The notes under the pieces were generated by a model. That model was given only the letters and a program-made list of their open reading frames with translations, made no database searches and was not told the DNA's origin. Below, piece after piece: positions 1 to 9,732 of a stretch of DNA of 64,000 nt. Source of the DNA: Clostridia bacterium (GTDB lineage Bacteria > Bacillota > Clostridia > UMGS1840); NCBI GenBank assembly GCA_045631485.1, contig JAZQUU010000038.1, positions 89,856-153,855 on the forward strand, written 5' to 3'. Position 1 is the stretch's first letter. Every line of letters starts with the position of its first letter. Both the position numbers and the translations under genes were made by a program.

Positions 1-240
1 AAATCTCTGTTGGATTTCATTCCATTTTCGCTCTGACAGCCAGTACAGCAGAAAGAAAAACAAGATAAAGAGGCAGGCGGCAACTGTGACGATATTTATA
101 CCCGCTATCAATATGCTTTGTAATGACGGTTCTTGAATCTGTAGAGTAAAACGCAAAAGTCCCCAACGAATTAAAAACGTGATTCCTACACCGACGGAAT
201 CTAACATAAGATAAAATAAAACTTTTTTACCCATTCGCAT
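1..240 (-). CDS. hypothetical membrane protein, N-terminal fragment (runs off the window start)
   Basis: Reverse-strand ATG at 240..238. The frame stays open to base 1 (MRMGKKVLFYLMLDSVGVGITFLIRWGLLRF...IAGINIVTVAACLFILFFFLLYW...). Two hydrophobic spans; no family recognised. Confidence 0.3.
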   Translation of the reverse strand, partial: MRMGKKVLFYLMLDSVGVGITFLIRWGLLRFTLQIQEPSLQSILIAGINIVTVAACLFILFFFLLYWLSERKWNEIQQRF

Positions 241-404
241 CCCTTCTTTCGTTTGGTTTTACTGTTAACACAAAAATAACCGATATTTTTTATTTCACTT
301 GTATAATATCTATCACTAAAACAATCCTAACCGATATTTACTCTGCTACCAGTGTATAAATTTGCCAATATTGCTTGATATTATTGTAAGAAGTCATAAA
401 TAAA

Positions 405-441
405 ACAAAAATCCGCAGTGTTTTTACACTACGGATTTTTT
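405..441. terminator. rho-independent terminator hairpin downstream of the 719..6863 operon (bidirectional shape)
   Basis: atccgcagtg (411-420) pairs with cactacggat (427-436) at 9 of 10 positions. A-run before and T-run after. Confidence 0.5.
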
Positions 442-718
442 AACATATCCTATTTAATTTTCGTGTTTCATAAAAGCGCAGCAACGAGCCGACATTGTTT
501 GCAAGCTGAACTGCGGTTTTTATATAAGTTATATAGAGGAAATGCTGCACATACTATTTTACATGAAGATGGGAATATACTTAATCAAAAAAGAAAGGTC
601 ATAGCATCCCCGACAGATGCCTGCATTTTTGATAAATATAGGTGTTAGTCATATCGTTTATATAACAAAAGGAAATGACAGATGTGCAGCATATGCCTAC
701 TGCAAATTTTAAGAATCC

Positions 719-1783
719 TTATTCCGTTTTCCACTCATCGATATGCGCTTTAATAAATTCGTCATCGTTTAAGTGAGGATATTTCTCCTGTACCCTGTTC
801 AGTTCTTCCAGCTGACCATCGGATAAGGATTCCTCGGGATTTAAGCAATAGATATTTTTCATCAGTCCCTGACGGCGAAGAATTTCGTGAAGTCCTGCGA
901 TACAACCGCTGAAGTTATGAGCAGTATCAAAAAATGCACTGTTGGTATCGGTAACCTCTGCCGCCAATGTGAGAATTTCAGAAGAAATCGTATCTTTTTT
1001 CTTTTCTTCCTTTAATCTCTCAAACAGCTCTACTGCTTTTTTGGTCCATACAGACCAGTGACCTAAAAGTCCGCCTTCAAAGCCTTTTTCCACGGTTTTA
1101 CCGTCTTTTTGGAACCGGTATTTTGTCACTAAATCAATCACGATGTTATCATCGTTACCGGTATATAAGGTAATATCGTCGGAACGGTTGGACAATGCTG
1201 CTGCACGAACCACATCCAGGGTGGTGTAGCGGTTAAAGGAGGCACATTTGATTGCAACCACATTTTCTACCGCACAAACTCTTTCCCAGTAGTTGTAGCT
1301 AAACTGTCTGCCACCGCAAGCGGTCTGCAGATAGAATCCAATCACGGGCATCACTTTTGCAACCGCTTTGGTACGTTCTATCATATAATCTTCGCTCATA
1401 TCGTTAAGACCACCGGGACTTAACAGTACCGCATCAAAGCCGTACTGTTTGGCAAGCTCTGCTTCCTTCACCGCCTGTTCGATAGGACCGCAGACACCCG
1501 CAACCTTTACAATGACAGTATCATTTGCCTTTTCAAATTTATCAATTTCTTCTGATACGATTCTTAAAACAGGCTCAAATAAAGCAACTTCCGGTTTTCT
1601 GATTTCAAACTGTGTGGTATGTACTGCAGTTGCAATGCCTCCAACACCACAGTTTAAGTAGTAATTCATAAGTAACCGCTGCCCTTTTTCATCAAAGCAT
1701 CGGTTGTCATCCAAAGCAAGGGGGGTAGCAGGAATCACGGTTCCTTCTTTTAATTTTTGCAATGCAATTTCGTGTCTGTTCAT
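719..1783 (-). CDS. dihydrodipicolinate synthase/N-acetylneuraminate lyase-family (class I aldolase-like) protein
   Basis: 354-aa ORF. TIM-barrel DapA-like pattern (GVGGIATAVHTTQF, VAGVCG, LLSPGG). The start overlaps the stop of the upstream gene at 1783. Last gene of the operon. Confidence 0.6.
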   Translation of the reverse strand: MNRHEIALQKLKEGTVIPATPLALDDNRCFDEKGQRLLMNYYLNCGVGGIATAVHTTQFEIRKPEVALFEPVLRIVSEEIDKFEKANDTVIVKVAGVCGPIEQAVKEAELAKQYGFDAVLLSPGGLNDMSEDYMIERTKAVAKVMPVIGFYLQTACGGRQFSYNYWERVCAVENVVAIKCASFNRYTTLDVVRAAALSNRSDDITLYTGNDDNIVIDLVTKYRFQKDGKTVEKGFEGGLLGHWSVWTKKAVELFERLKEEKKKDTISSEILTLAAEVTDTNSAFFDTAHNFSGCIAGLHEILRRQGLMKNIYCLNPEESLSDGQLEELNRVQEKYPHLNDDEFIKAHIDEWKTE

Positions 1784-2799
1784 TAATAGCTCCCCTTTCT
1801 TTCTTCAAAATGAGTGGGTTTATCCAAAGTTCTGCCCCCGTCTTTAATATATTCTGCCTGCCAGCGAATTAAGGTTTTCACGGGAACAGAGGGATAACCA
1901 AAAATTTCCATTGCCAGGGAGGCATCGTTTAAGTAAGCATCGTTGCCCGCTTCGCCTTCAAAGATGGGTTCCTTGCCTAAGTATTCGCCCAGCTCCAATG
2001 CTGCTTTTTTGATGGAAACGGTTTCGGGACCGGTCACATTCATAATTTTTGCGGGAGCGGTTGCGTGCAATAAGCCACGGATGGCAATTTCGTTTGCACT
2101 TCCCTGCCAGATGAAGTTAAAGCAGGGGGTGGATAAGCTGATGGGTTCTCCTTTTAAAATTTTGTTTGCCACATCAAACAAAACGCCGTATCGCAAATCT
2201 ACCGCAAAGTTTAATCTGTAGATAAAAATATTGGTGCCAAAGGTGTTTGCCGCATATTCAAAGGCACGTTCTCTGGCGAGACAACTCATGGTATATTCCC
2301 CGATGGGGCCGATTTTATCGGTTTCTCTGCAACCACCCTCAGACAATTTCACGATAGGATAAATATTACCGGATGAAAATACCACAATATTGGATTTTTT
2401 AAACTTATCTGCCACAAATGCAGGTAAGGTTGCATTCATCGCCCAGGTCTGCCACTCATTTCCGTCGGTACCGAATTTTCTGCCTGCCATATAGATGACA
2501 TTTTCCACTTCGGGCAAAGAGTATAATTTCTCTTTATCCAAAAGATCCATAGCAACCACTTCGATATCGTTATCCAGCATCAGTTGGGTAGCGATTTTGT
2601 CGCTTCCGCGGGATACTGCAATCACTTTCTTGTCAATGCCTGCTTTTTTGATCGCATTTTTTGCCAAAACGCAAAGGGTAGGTCCCATTTTACCGCCGGC
2701 ACCCAACACCATAATGTCCCCTTTGATTTTCTTCATATCTTCAATTAAGGCATCTGAAGGAGTGGTTAATAATTCATTTAATTTTTCTTCTGTCCACAT
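1783..2799 (-). CDS. NAD(P)-dependent epimerase/dehydratase-family oxidoreductase
   Basis: Rossmann motif VLGAGGKMGPTL near the N-terminus. Start moved to the ATG at 2799 (MWTEEKL), which follows an AAAGGAAG RBS and avoids overlap with the upstream stop at 2817. Confidence 0.7.
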   Translation of the reverse strand: MWTEEKLNELLTTPSDALIEDMKKIKGDIMVLGAGGKMGPTLCVLAKNAIKKAGIDKKVIAVSRGSDKIATQLMLDNDIEVVAMDLLDKEKLYSLPEVENVIYMAGRKFGTDGNEWQTWAMNATLPAFVADKFKKSNIVVFSSGNIYPIVKLSEGGCRETDKIGPIGEYTMSCLARERAFEYAANTFGTNIFIYRLNFAVDLRYGVLFDVANKILKGEPISLSTPCFNFIWQGSANEIAIRGLLHATAPAKIMNVTGPETVSIKKAALELGEYLGKEPIFEGEAGNDAYLNDASLAMEIFGYPSVPVKTLIRWQAEYIKDGGRTLDKPTHFEERKGSY

Positions 2800-2816
2800 A
2801 CTGTTTCTTCCTTTCT

Positions 2817-4043
2817 CTAATCGCACTCGGGTTGATAGATTCTTGCAAGACCGCCCTCGGAGGTTTCACGGTATCGGCAAGATAAATCCCGTCCGGTTTC
2901 ATACATTGTTTTGATTACCATATCCAATGATATTTTTCGGCTTTCATAAAGCATCTCGGCAAGAGTTACCGCATCCACCGCCCGCATTGCCGCCACGGCA
3001 TTTCGTTCAATACAGGGAATCTGCACCAATCCTTTAATGGGGTCGCAGGTGAGTCCCAAATGATGCTCCAAGGCAATTTCTGCCGCACATTCTATTTGTT
3101 TCATCGTAAAATCTCTTAAATATGCCAACGCTGCCGCTGCCATCATACAAGCGGTTCCAACCTCTGCCTGACAACCACACTCGGCACCGCTGATGGAGGC
3201 GTTTTTCTTCACAAGATTGCCAATCAAGCCTGCCACAGCTAATGCTTCTATAATTTTCTCATCGGAAAAGCCCAATTCCCGTTGTTTGCAGATTAAAACT
3301 GCGGGAAGCACTCCCGATGCTCCGCAAGTGGGGGCTGTTACCATCTTTTCTCCCGATGCGTTTTCCTCGCTTGCTGCGTAGGCATAAGCAGATAGTAAAT
3401 AAATTTCTTTCTCGTGTCCGAACGCTTTGGAATTTCCTTTTTGAATGAGCATTTTTGCTTTTCTCTTAATATTTAGTCCGCCTGGAAGAATTTCTTCTTT
3501 CAAAAGTCCCGAACGAACTGTTGCTTTCATCTGTTCCCAGACATCGGCTAAATATTGTTTGATATCCGTATTTTCAAAAGAAAAAACATAATCTGCAGGG
3601 GAAAGGTGATGTTTTTCGCAATAAGTCTCAATTTCTGAAAAATTGGTATGGGGATAAACCAATTCCGCCTGCCTGATTTGCTCTCCCACAAAATGAATTG
3701 CTCCACCACCAACACTTAATACCGTTTTTTTGCAAAGCACGTTTCCGTCCTTTAACGCAATAATGTCCAATGTGTTGGGATGAGGAATGTTTTCGGTTTC
3801 CTCATCAAACACGATTTCACAGTTTTTATCCTTTAAAGTTTCTCTGATGGCATAATCCGTTCTGTGTCCGATACCTGTTTTTGCCAGGGAACCGTATAAC
3901 ACTACACGAAAGGTATCTGCCTGGGGATACTCTAAAAGCACCGTTTCGCAAGCACTGCTTGGTCCCATAGTGTGGGAGCTTGACGGTCCTCTGCCCAATC
4001 GGTAAATCTCTTTGATACTGTACATACCATTTGTTTTTTCCAT
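2817..4043 (-). CDS. iron-sulfur L-serine ammonia-lyase (L-serine dehydratase) family protein, single-chain form
   Basis: N-terminal signature IKEIYRLGRGPSSSHTMGP and Cys-rich alpha-domain motifs (APTCGASGVLPA, SGAECGCQAEVG). GAGG RBS 7 nt upstream of the ATG. Confidence 0.75.
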   Translation of the reverse strand: MEKTNGMYSIKEIYRLGRGPSSSHTMGPSSACETVLLEYPQADTFRVVLYGSLAKTGIGHRTDYAIRETLKDKNCEIVFDEETENIPHPNTLDIIALKDGNVLCKKTVLSVGGGAIHFVGEQIRQAELVYPHTNFSEIETYCEKHHLSPADYVFSFENTDIKQYLADVWEQMKATVRSGLLKEEILPGGLNIKRKAKMLIQKGNSKAFGHEKEIYLLSAYAYAASEENASGEKMVTAPTCGASGVLPAVLICKQRELGFSDEKIIEALAVAGLIGNLVKKNASISGAECGCQAEVGTACMMAAAALAYLRDFTMKQIECAAEIALEHHLGLTCDPIKGLVQIPCIERNAVAAMRAVDAVTLAEMLYESRKISLDMVIKTMYETGRDLSCRYRETSEGGLARIYQPECD

Positions 4044-4065
4044 AGCTAAACCTCAATTTATCAGA

Positions 4066-5160
4066 TCACAGAAAACTGCATTTTTCCACAATCGTGGAAA
4101 CTGCGTTTGCCATAGATGCAAAACCGAAATCCGTGGGATGGCACCCATCCACAGTGCCTTCATCCCCACAAATCGCCATCAACTGACTGCCGTCAAGAAA
4201 ATATACATTGCTGTCTCCTCTTGACAATGCATTACGATATGTTGTTTCAATGATATTCCGACGGATCAGCTCATCCGCTGTTAAAACTACTCTTGGACGC
4301 GACATCATAATGATAGGAATATCCGGTTTTTCCTTTCTGATGGCACAAAACATTTTTTCGTGTGTATTCCGAAGATGCTCTGTGGTTGGAGCGTTGTAAT
4401 CGTAATCATAAACAAAACCTGACATATCCAGATTTTTGATATATTCAATCATTTCATCTTCTGCTTTTGCATTTCCGGAAAATCCTAAATTAACATAATC
4501 AAGATTGAATTTTCTGGAAATGATGCTGGGATAGCTCATTCCCGGTCTGGAAGCGCATCCTCCTTGAGTAATAGAAGAACCGTAGTATATGATTGGCTTC
4601 TGATTCCGATAAGGAGCAGCCTCCGTAACAGACGAATCCTTTTCCAAACCGACATACAACTCTTTTACATCGCTATACAGCGGAAAATGAATGGTAATTA
4701 TCCGCATTTTTTTCTCTTTAAATTCAATGATGCTCTCGTAGCCACTTTCCGTATTGCATGGTGGCACAAAGGTTTTCACAAAATCATTTTCACAATATAA
4801 ATCAAATCCAACCGAACCTGTAAAAGCAAAGTGGGGCATCTTCCCAACATTTTCCATAATAGAATGAATTGCAACATACATACTATCTGTTACAAATCGT
4901 ACTCTTCCACCTGCAGTATTCCCATGCAGCCCATGTACGCCTTCACTCACATTCTTTGCCACAGCCTCCGGCATACGACGGTACTTTCCGTTTTCCATAA
5001 AAATACCGTACAACTGAAAGGGCTCTGAATTAACGTTATAAAATTGAATGTTTTCTTTGTCAATGCTGGTGTTTACTTCAAAGTTTTTATCTATTTTTGC
5101 AATATCGCTCACTGTTTGTTCCTCTTTCCCACACAAGGTGCTTTCGGATGAATTTATCAT
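4066..5160 (-). CDS. SGNH/GDSL-family hydrolase (probable carbohydrate esterase)
   Basis: GSSITQG block I with the catalytic Ser, GFSGN block, and C-terminal DGCHPTD (Asp-x-x-His). ATGA start/stop overlap with the upstream gene. Confidence 0.7.
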   Translation of the reverse strand: MINSSESTLCGKEEQTVSDIAKIDKNFEVNTSIDKENIQFYNVNSEPFQLYGIFMENGKYRRMPEAVAKNVSEGVHGLHGNTAGGRVRFVTDSMYVAIHSIMENVGKMPHFAFTGSVGFDLYCENDFVKTFVPPCNTESGYESIIEFKEKKMRIITIHFPLYSDVKELYVGLEKDSSVTEAAPYRNQKPIIYYGSSITQGGCASRPGMSYPSIISRKFNLDYVNLGFSGNAKAEDEMIEYIKNLDMSGFVYDYDYNAPTTEHLRNTHEKMFCAIRKEKPDIPIIMMSRPRVVLTADELIRRNIIETTYRNALSRGDSNVYFLDGSQLMAICGDEGTVDGCHPTDFGFASMANAVSTIVEKCSFL

Positions 5161-6104
5161 TCAAATTGTGAAAATGCTGTTTCTAATACATCAATGACAG
5201 CTTTTCCGTATTGCGGTGTTACCAAGGCATTTTCTTTTCCCTCAATCATTTTGATAAACTCCTCGAGTTGCTCAGCCATGATATCGTCGTTGGGTAAATT
5301 AACCCTCGTGAGTGGATTGATCCCTTTGGCAACCCATAATTCCAGGCAACCGTGAATATAAGCCATTCCATCTGTAAAATACAAATAGGTATCGTACTGT
5401 CCCGGAGTCCGGCATCCGCAATAGGTAAGTGTAGCACTGCTTCCATCAGACAAACGGAGCAATACCTGAGCAGTTGCTTCTACATTGTCTTCTGTTAAAA
5501 AATTATTTCCGCAAGCCATCACAGACTCCACAGACTGATCTGTCATGTATAATATTTTATCCAGTGTGTGAGCTCCGTAATTCATCAGAATTCCCCCACC
5601 CGATTGTTCTTTTCTCAAAAACCATTTCGGTCGGTTGGGAAAATAACTGATATTTCTTGTTTCGGTGATTGCACAAAGCTTACCAAGTGTATTTTCACGA
5701 ATCAACTTCCGTAGGTATTTGTGCGACTGATAATACTTCTGCACGTGTCCAACCCCAAAGGGAGTAGCATATTTTTTGGAAGCTGCAATCATAGCCTCAC
5801 ATTCTTCCACGGTATTTGCCATAGGCTTTTCGATCAGGGTTGGGATATGGTGTTCTAAAAAGAAAATTGTTACTTCCTTATGTAAAAAATGAGGTAAATT
5901 TAGAATCACGCCATCCAGCTCTTCACTTTGCTGCATGTCTTTGTAGTCAGTATACACCCTTGCCTGTGTGCCCTCTGCAAGTTCCTGTGCCTTTTCCCTG
6001 ATTACATCACAAATTGCAACAATCGTACAGTCCGGATTTTTTTCAATGGCATTTTTGTGCTCAATGCCAATTGCTCCTGCACCGACAATTCCAATACGAA
6101 TCAT
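5157..6104 (-). CDS. Gfo/Idh/MocA-family NAD(P)-dependent oxidoreductase
   Basis: MIRIGIVGAGAIGIEH Rossmann N-terminus and an EKPMA motif. The ORF track starts at 6116; the ATG at 6104 gives the typical family N-terminus. Confidence 0.75.
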   Translation of the reverse strand: MIRIGIVGAGAIGIEHKNAIEKNPDCTIVAICDVIREKAQELAEGTQARVYTDYKDMQQSEELDGVILNLPHFLHKEVTIFFLEHHIPTLIEKPMANTVEECEAMIAASKKYATPFGVGHVQKYYQSHKYLRKLIRENTLGKLCAITETRNISYFPNRPKWFLRKEQSGGGILMNYGAHTLDKILYMTDQSVESVMACGNNFLTEDNVEATAQVLLRLSDGSSATLTYCGCRTPGQYDTYLYFTDGMAYIHGCLELWVAKGINPLTRVNLPNDDIMAEQLEEFIKMIEGKENALVTPQYGKAVIDVLETAFSQFE

Positions 6105-6119
6105 AGTTATCCCCATCCT

Positions 6120-6863
6120 TTACCCAAAAATTTTTCTGACAGCAGCTACATCTTTTATCAGTGATTCCAACAAAGAATCTTTTACGAATTCTATAATAAA
6201 ATGATACCCGTCATCCTGCGTATTTTGAAAATATCCTCGCAGATCTTCCAAAATGCCGTCCAGATAATCATAACCTGTTTCTGCATGATAGTGATTTAGG
6301 TGAATATTCTTACAAAGATAAGGTTTCACCTTTTGGAAAGCTTCTTTATTCTGGTTGTAATTCAAATGTCCCTGAGGCTGCCAATATAACCCTACGTTAG
6401 CTTTCCCGATCCGCTTCACAAGCCGGACTGCTTCGTCGGCAGTATCCGTCAGGGTATACGGATGATACTCAAATCCGAGTTGAATCGAGGAACATACTGA
6501 TAAATCAGCTAACTTACGAGTATTTTCAACAATCAGCTGATATTCTGTTTCACCACAAAAATCGCTTCCTTTGTTTCCTGCCCATAAGCGTATCACCGGA
6601 GCACCGAGACTTTTAGCAGTGTCTAAAACTTTGAGAGCCACATCAAAATCTGTCATATCACAATAGGACCCCAAAGATAATATTTTGATCTGATACTCTT
6701 CGGAAAGACGCTTCACAAGGTGAATATGGCATTCATCGCCGATTCTGATATGCTTTTCACTGACTCCCCATTCAATCCCTTGTATTCCGGCTTTTTTTGC
6801 ATATTCAAATACAGTTGGGATTTCTTCATTTCGAAACGTTAAAGATGTCATCCCGATTGTCAT
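6120..6863 (-). CDS. sugar phosphate isomerase/epimerase (xylose-isomerase-like TIM barrel) protein
   Basis: Pattern typical of AP_endonuc_2/xylose-isomerase-like barrels (GIEWG, LGAPVIRLWAG, FEYHP). Start uncertain between 6863 (GAAAGG RBS) and 6890. Confidence 0.6.
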   Translation of the reverse strand: MTIGMTSLTFRNEEIPTVFEYAKKAGIQGIEWGVSEKHIRIGDECHIHLVKRLSEEYQIKILSLGSYCDMTDFDVALKVLDTAKSLGAPVIRLWAGNKGSDFCGETEYQLIVENTRKLADLSVCSSIQLGFEYHPYTLTDTADEAVRLVKRIGKANVGLYWQPQGHLNYNQNKEAFQKVKPYLCKNIHLNHYHAETGYDYLDGILEDLRGYFQNTQDDGYHFIIEFVKDSLLESLIKDVAAVRKIFG

Positions 6864-6952
6864 AATACTACAACCTTTCTTGCAACCCATAGTTTTTTAT
6901 TTTAGATAAAACGTTTCATTCCACCGGTATTTCCCGCTGAATTTCATTCTGT

Positions 6953-6995
6953 TTGATAAAAAGGAAACGCTTGCACAAAACCGTACAAGCGTTTC
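6953..6995 (-). terminator. rho-independent terminator after the secreted lyase gene
   Basis: gaaacgcttg (6964-6973) pairs with caagcgtttc (6986-6995), a perfect 10-bp stem. T-run follows on the minus strand (ctttttatc). Confidence 0.7.
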
Positions 6996-7011
6996 TCTTT
7001 GTGCAACAAGT

Positions 7012-9711
7012 TTAATGGAATAATGCTACTTCGTTAATGCTTGCCCAAGCACTTGTGCTGCTACCCTTACATATGATTTTAACATAACGTGCATTCACAT
7101 CGTGAAGTTTGAAGTTTTCGTAATCATTACTGATGCCACTGGCTTCCCCTGAAAATACTTTCGTAAATGCTTCGCCGTCATCTGATACTTCTATGTCAAA
7201 ATAGGCAATTCGTTCCATACCGGAACGGAACGCAATAGCAACAACATCAACAGTCTGTTTTTCTCCAAGATCCAATAACAGCCACTGTTCTCCTTCACAA
7301 GCCCAGCAAGTATCCAGTCTTCCGTCAACGGACAATTTTGGTTGGTCAGTGGATGCAGTTGCGTCTACCACCTTAATTTCTGATCTATGCTTTGGCTTTC
7401 CGAAGGACTTCTTCTCTTCAAACCGGAATGTATATATCATTTTCCCGATACGGGGATCTTTTGACACAGCAATAATTTTTGCAACGTCACCAATACTTTC
7501 CGCCTGCTCAATCGTAATACTGGAATTGATTCTGTCATGCTCTGCAGAAATAACCGGGACAGTTTCAGATTCTTCCAAGGCGATGGTATAGCCCAATTTG
7601 GAAGGACTGAAATCCTCCATCAGAACTCCGTTTAATTTTACGGTCTGTGCAATTCCATTGCTGATATAAAACTTACCATTTTTCCATTCACTAAGAGGAC
7701 TTACAGAAGAAAAGGTTTCCGGCATAGACTCTCCGTCTGTAAATGCCGTAAACTGCACGGTGATATTCACATCACCTGAATAAATTCCTCTGGTAACAAG
7801 ACGGCTGAAATTCGGGAAGGTTTTAGCTCCGGCAATCGGTTTCACAGATAAACTTTCGGCAGGTAATACTTCAAAGGTAGCATTGCTGGGCTCGATGATG
7901 CTGACCTGCATCCGTTTATCAAACAGGGACAAAATTGCCGTTTTTTTATCATCACTCAGCGAAATGTCCGCTTTGGTATTGATTCCCCATAAAACTTCGG
8001 AGGAATCCTTCAGTGCAATCTCATCTTTGACTAACACACTATCTCCGCAAAGAGCAATTCCCCGCATTGCAGAGTTTGCATGTTCTTGATAGGCAGTTTT
8101 CATATCAACAATGCCGTATCCATTTCCGTTTTCTGATTGAAATTCAGATATTTCAGCATGAGCATAGGGATTCTGATCTGCACTTTTGCTGGGATTGATT
8201 ACAATGGTATTATGACCTTCTGCACGCTGAGAGTAAAAATTCCATCTTCCTGCCGCATAATCCCAGTATCCCTCTAAATTGTAATCACTTTCGGATCCAA
8301 AGTCAGATACCCACCGCTGTCCCAATGCATCCAAAACGAAGCTACCGATATCCAGGTTTCCATGAGAAACCTGATTATAACCGCCCTTGAATCCTACATA
8401 AGTGGCATTCGGATCATCCCATCGGGTTCTTAATGACGCAACCGGAACCTTTCCGTGATAAACGCCACCCTCCGGTACACCTTCATAGGGACTTTTCTCG
8501 GTGGGTTGATACCACAGCATGATAAAGGAATCTGTGCTTTTGAATTCCCAACTTGAAAAATCAGTTCCTGCAGGATTGATTGCATTAGCATAATTCATAA
8601 GTCCATGGTATCCATATTTTTTCGCAAACCAATAGAAATATTGAGTTTGCGGTTTTCCTTCGCCGGAATCGGCGTAGTTAAATGCAGTGTAAGTGGGACC
8701 ATGCATATGCATGGTATAAAATGCTGTTCTTTTTAATCCCTCTAACTCCGCAAGTCCGAAATCCGTTTTCAGAGCAGATTCACAAGCGGATAAAAAGTAT
8801 GCAATATACTGTATCTGATATGCCCAATATCCTGGCCCTTCGGGGAAGCCGCCATCAGGTCCCAGCTCATCAATGGAAAGTGCAATGGCATTTGCTGCCC
8901 CTGACAATATGGAGCCGGCAAATTCAGGTTCTTCATCCAATAAAGCGATTGCTGCCAATCCGTAGGAACCGTTACATACGCCATTCCAGTTATTTATCTG
9001 CCTTGCGAAACCCTGTACTGTGGGGTAGTAATTGACAGATATTTTTCCCATTTTAGACATCAGGTAATTTTTGACATCCTCTTTCACAGAGGGCTCCAAT
9101 GCATCATAGAACCAATCATAAGCAATTGCCATTGCAGCCGTCATTTCTGCTGTCTGCAATACATCATTTACCCAATTCACACTGTCTTTCATTGCAATTT
9201 CAATCTGACTCTGTGCATATTCCACATAATCAGGGTTACCGGTTATATGGTATAACATTCCAAGTAATACCATCCGGTCAACCACTTCTCTTGCAAATCT
9301 GAGCTTATCTCCTCTATGAGAATCAAGCGTAGCCAAAGGCTGTGTCATCAGGTTAGCAGCATATTCCTTTTGTTTCAAATACAGTAAAGAAACAAACTCA
9401 TCTGATTCTATGCGTTCTTTTATAATTTCAAAGTCTTCCTTGGTTGCCAGAATTCGAGGATGAACACCTGCCATTCCCACTTCGTTGAGCAGCTGATAGC
9501 ATCCGTTTGCATCAGGCACATTTAACAGCAGAGACAGCTCCTTCAGGTATTCACTGTAATGATCTGTTATATATCCAGCGTTGTCAACAACAACGCTTTC
9601 TTTTGCTTTATTTTTTGCCGCTTCTCTTTCCACGGTCTCCTCGGCAAATACAAGGCTCGTCATTTGCAGCGCTAAAAAAAACGCAATGATTAAAGACACA
9701 ATTCTCTTCAC
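7012..9711 (-). CDS. secreted heparinase II/III-family polysaccharide lyase with C-terminal F5/8 type C (discoidin) domain
   Basis: GTG start after an AAGGTGAGGTG RBS. Signal peptide MKRIVSLIIAFFLALQMTSLVFA. Family motifs HPRILAT, NNWNGVCNGS, GGFPEGPGYW, GGYNQVSHGNLDIGSF, RAEGHNTIVINP. The C-terminal ~140 aa look discoidin-like (ARYVKIICKGSSTSAWASINEVALF). Confidence 0.8.
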   Translation of the reverse strand: MKRIVSLIIAFFLALQMTSLVFAEETVEREAAKNKAKESVVVDNAGYITDHYSEYLKELSLLLNVPDANGCYQLLNEVGMAGVHPRILATKEDFEIIKERIESDEFVSLLYLKQKEYAANLMTQPLATLDSHRGDKLRFAREVVDRMVLLGMLYHITGNPDYVEYAQSQIEIAMKDSVNWVNDVLQTAEMTAAMAIAYDWFYDALEPSVKEDVKNYLMSKMGKISVNYYPTVQGFARQINNWNGVCNGSYGLAAIALLDEEPEFAGSILSGAANAIALSIDELGPDGGFPEGPGYWAYQIQYIAYFLSACESALKTDFGLAELEGLKRTAFYTMHMHGPTYTAFNYADSGEGKPQTQYFYWFAKKYGYHGLMNYANAINPAGTDFSSWEFKSTDSFIMLWYQPTEKSPYEGVPEGGVYHGKVPVASLRTRWDDPNATYVGFKGGYNQVSHGNLDIGSFVLDALGQRWVSDFGSESDYNLEGYWDYAAGRWNFYSQRAEGHNTIVINPSKSADQNPYAHAEISEFQSENGNGYGIVDMKTAYQEHANSAMRGIALCGDSVLVKDEIALKDSSEVLWGINTKADISLSDDKKTAILSLFDKRMQVSIIEPSNATFEVLPAESLSVKPIAGAKTFPNFSRLVTRGIYSGDVNITVQFTAFTDGESMPETFSSVSPLSEWKNGKFYISNGIAQTVKLNGVLMEDFSPSKLGYTIALEESETVPVISAEHDRINSSITIEQAESIGDVAKIIAVSKDPRIGKMIYTFRFEEKKSFGKPKHRSEIKVVDATASTDQPKLSVDGRLDTCWACEGEQWLLLDLGEKQTVDVVAIAFRSGMERIAYFDIEVSDDGEAFTKVFSGEASGISNDYENFKLHDVNARYVKIICKGSSTSAWASINEVALFH

Positions 9712-9732
9712 CTTGACACCTCACCTTCTGTT

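Noticed and set aside
418-648. 76-aa plus-strand ORF in the gap downstream of the catabolic operon
   Set aside because: It starts inside a terminator hairpin and has no RBS. The peptide is low-complexity and AT-driven with no recognisable motif, so it is most likely non-coding.
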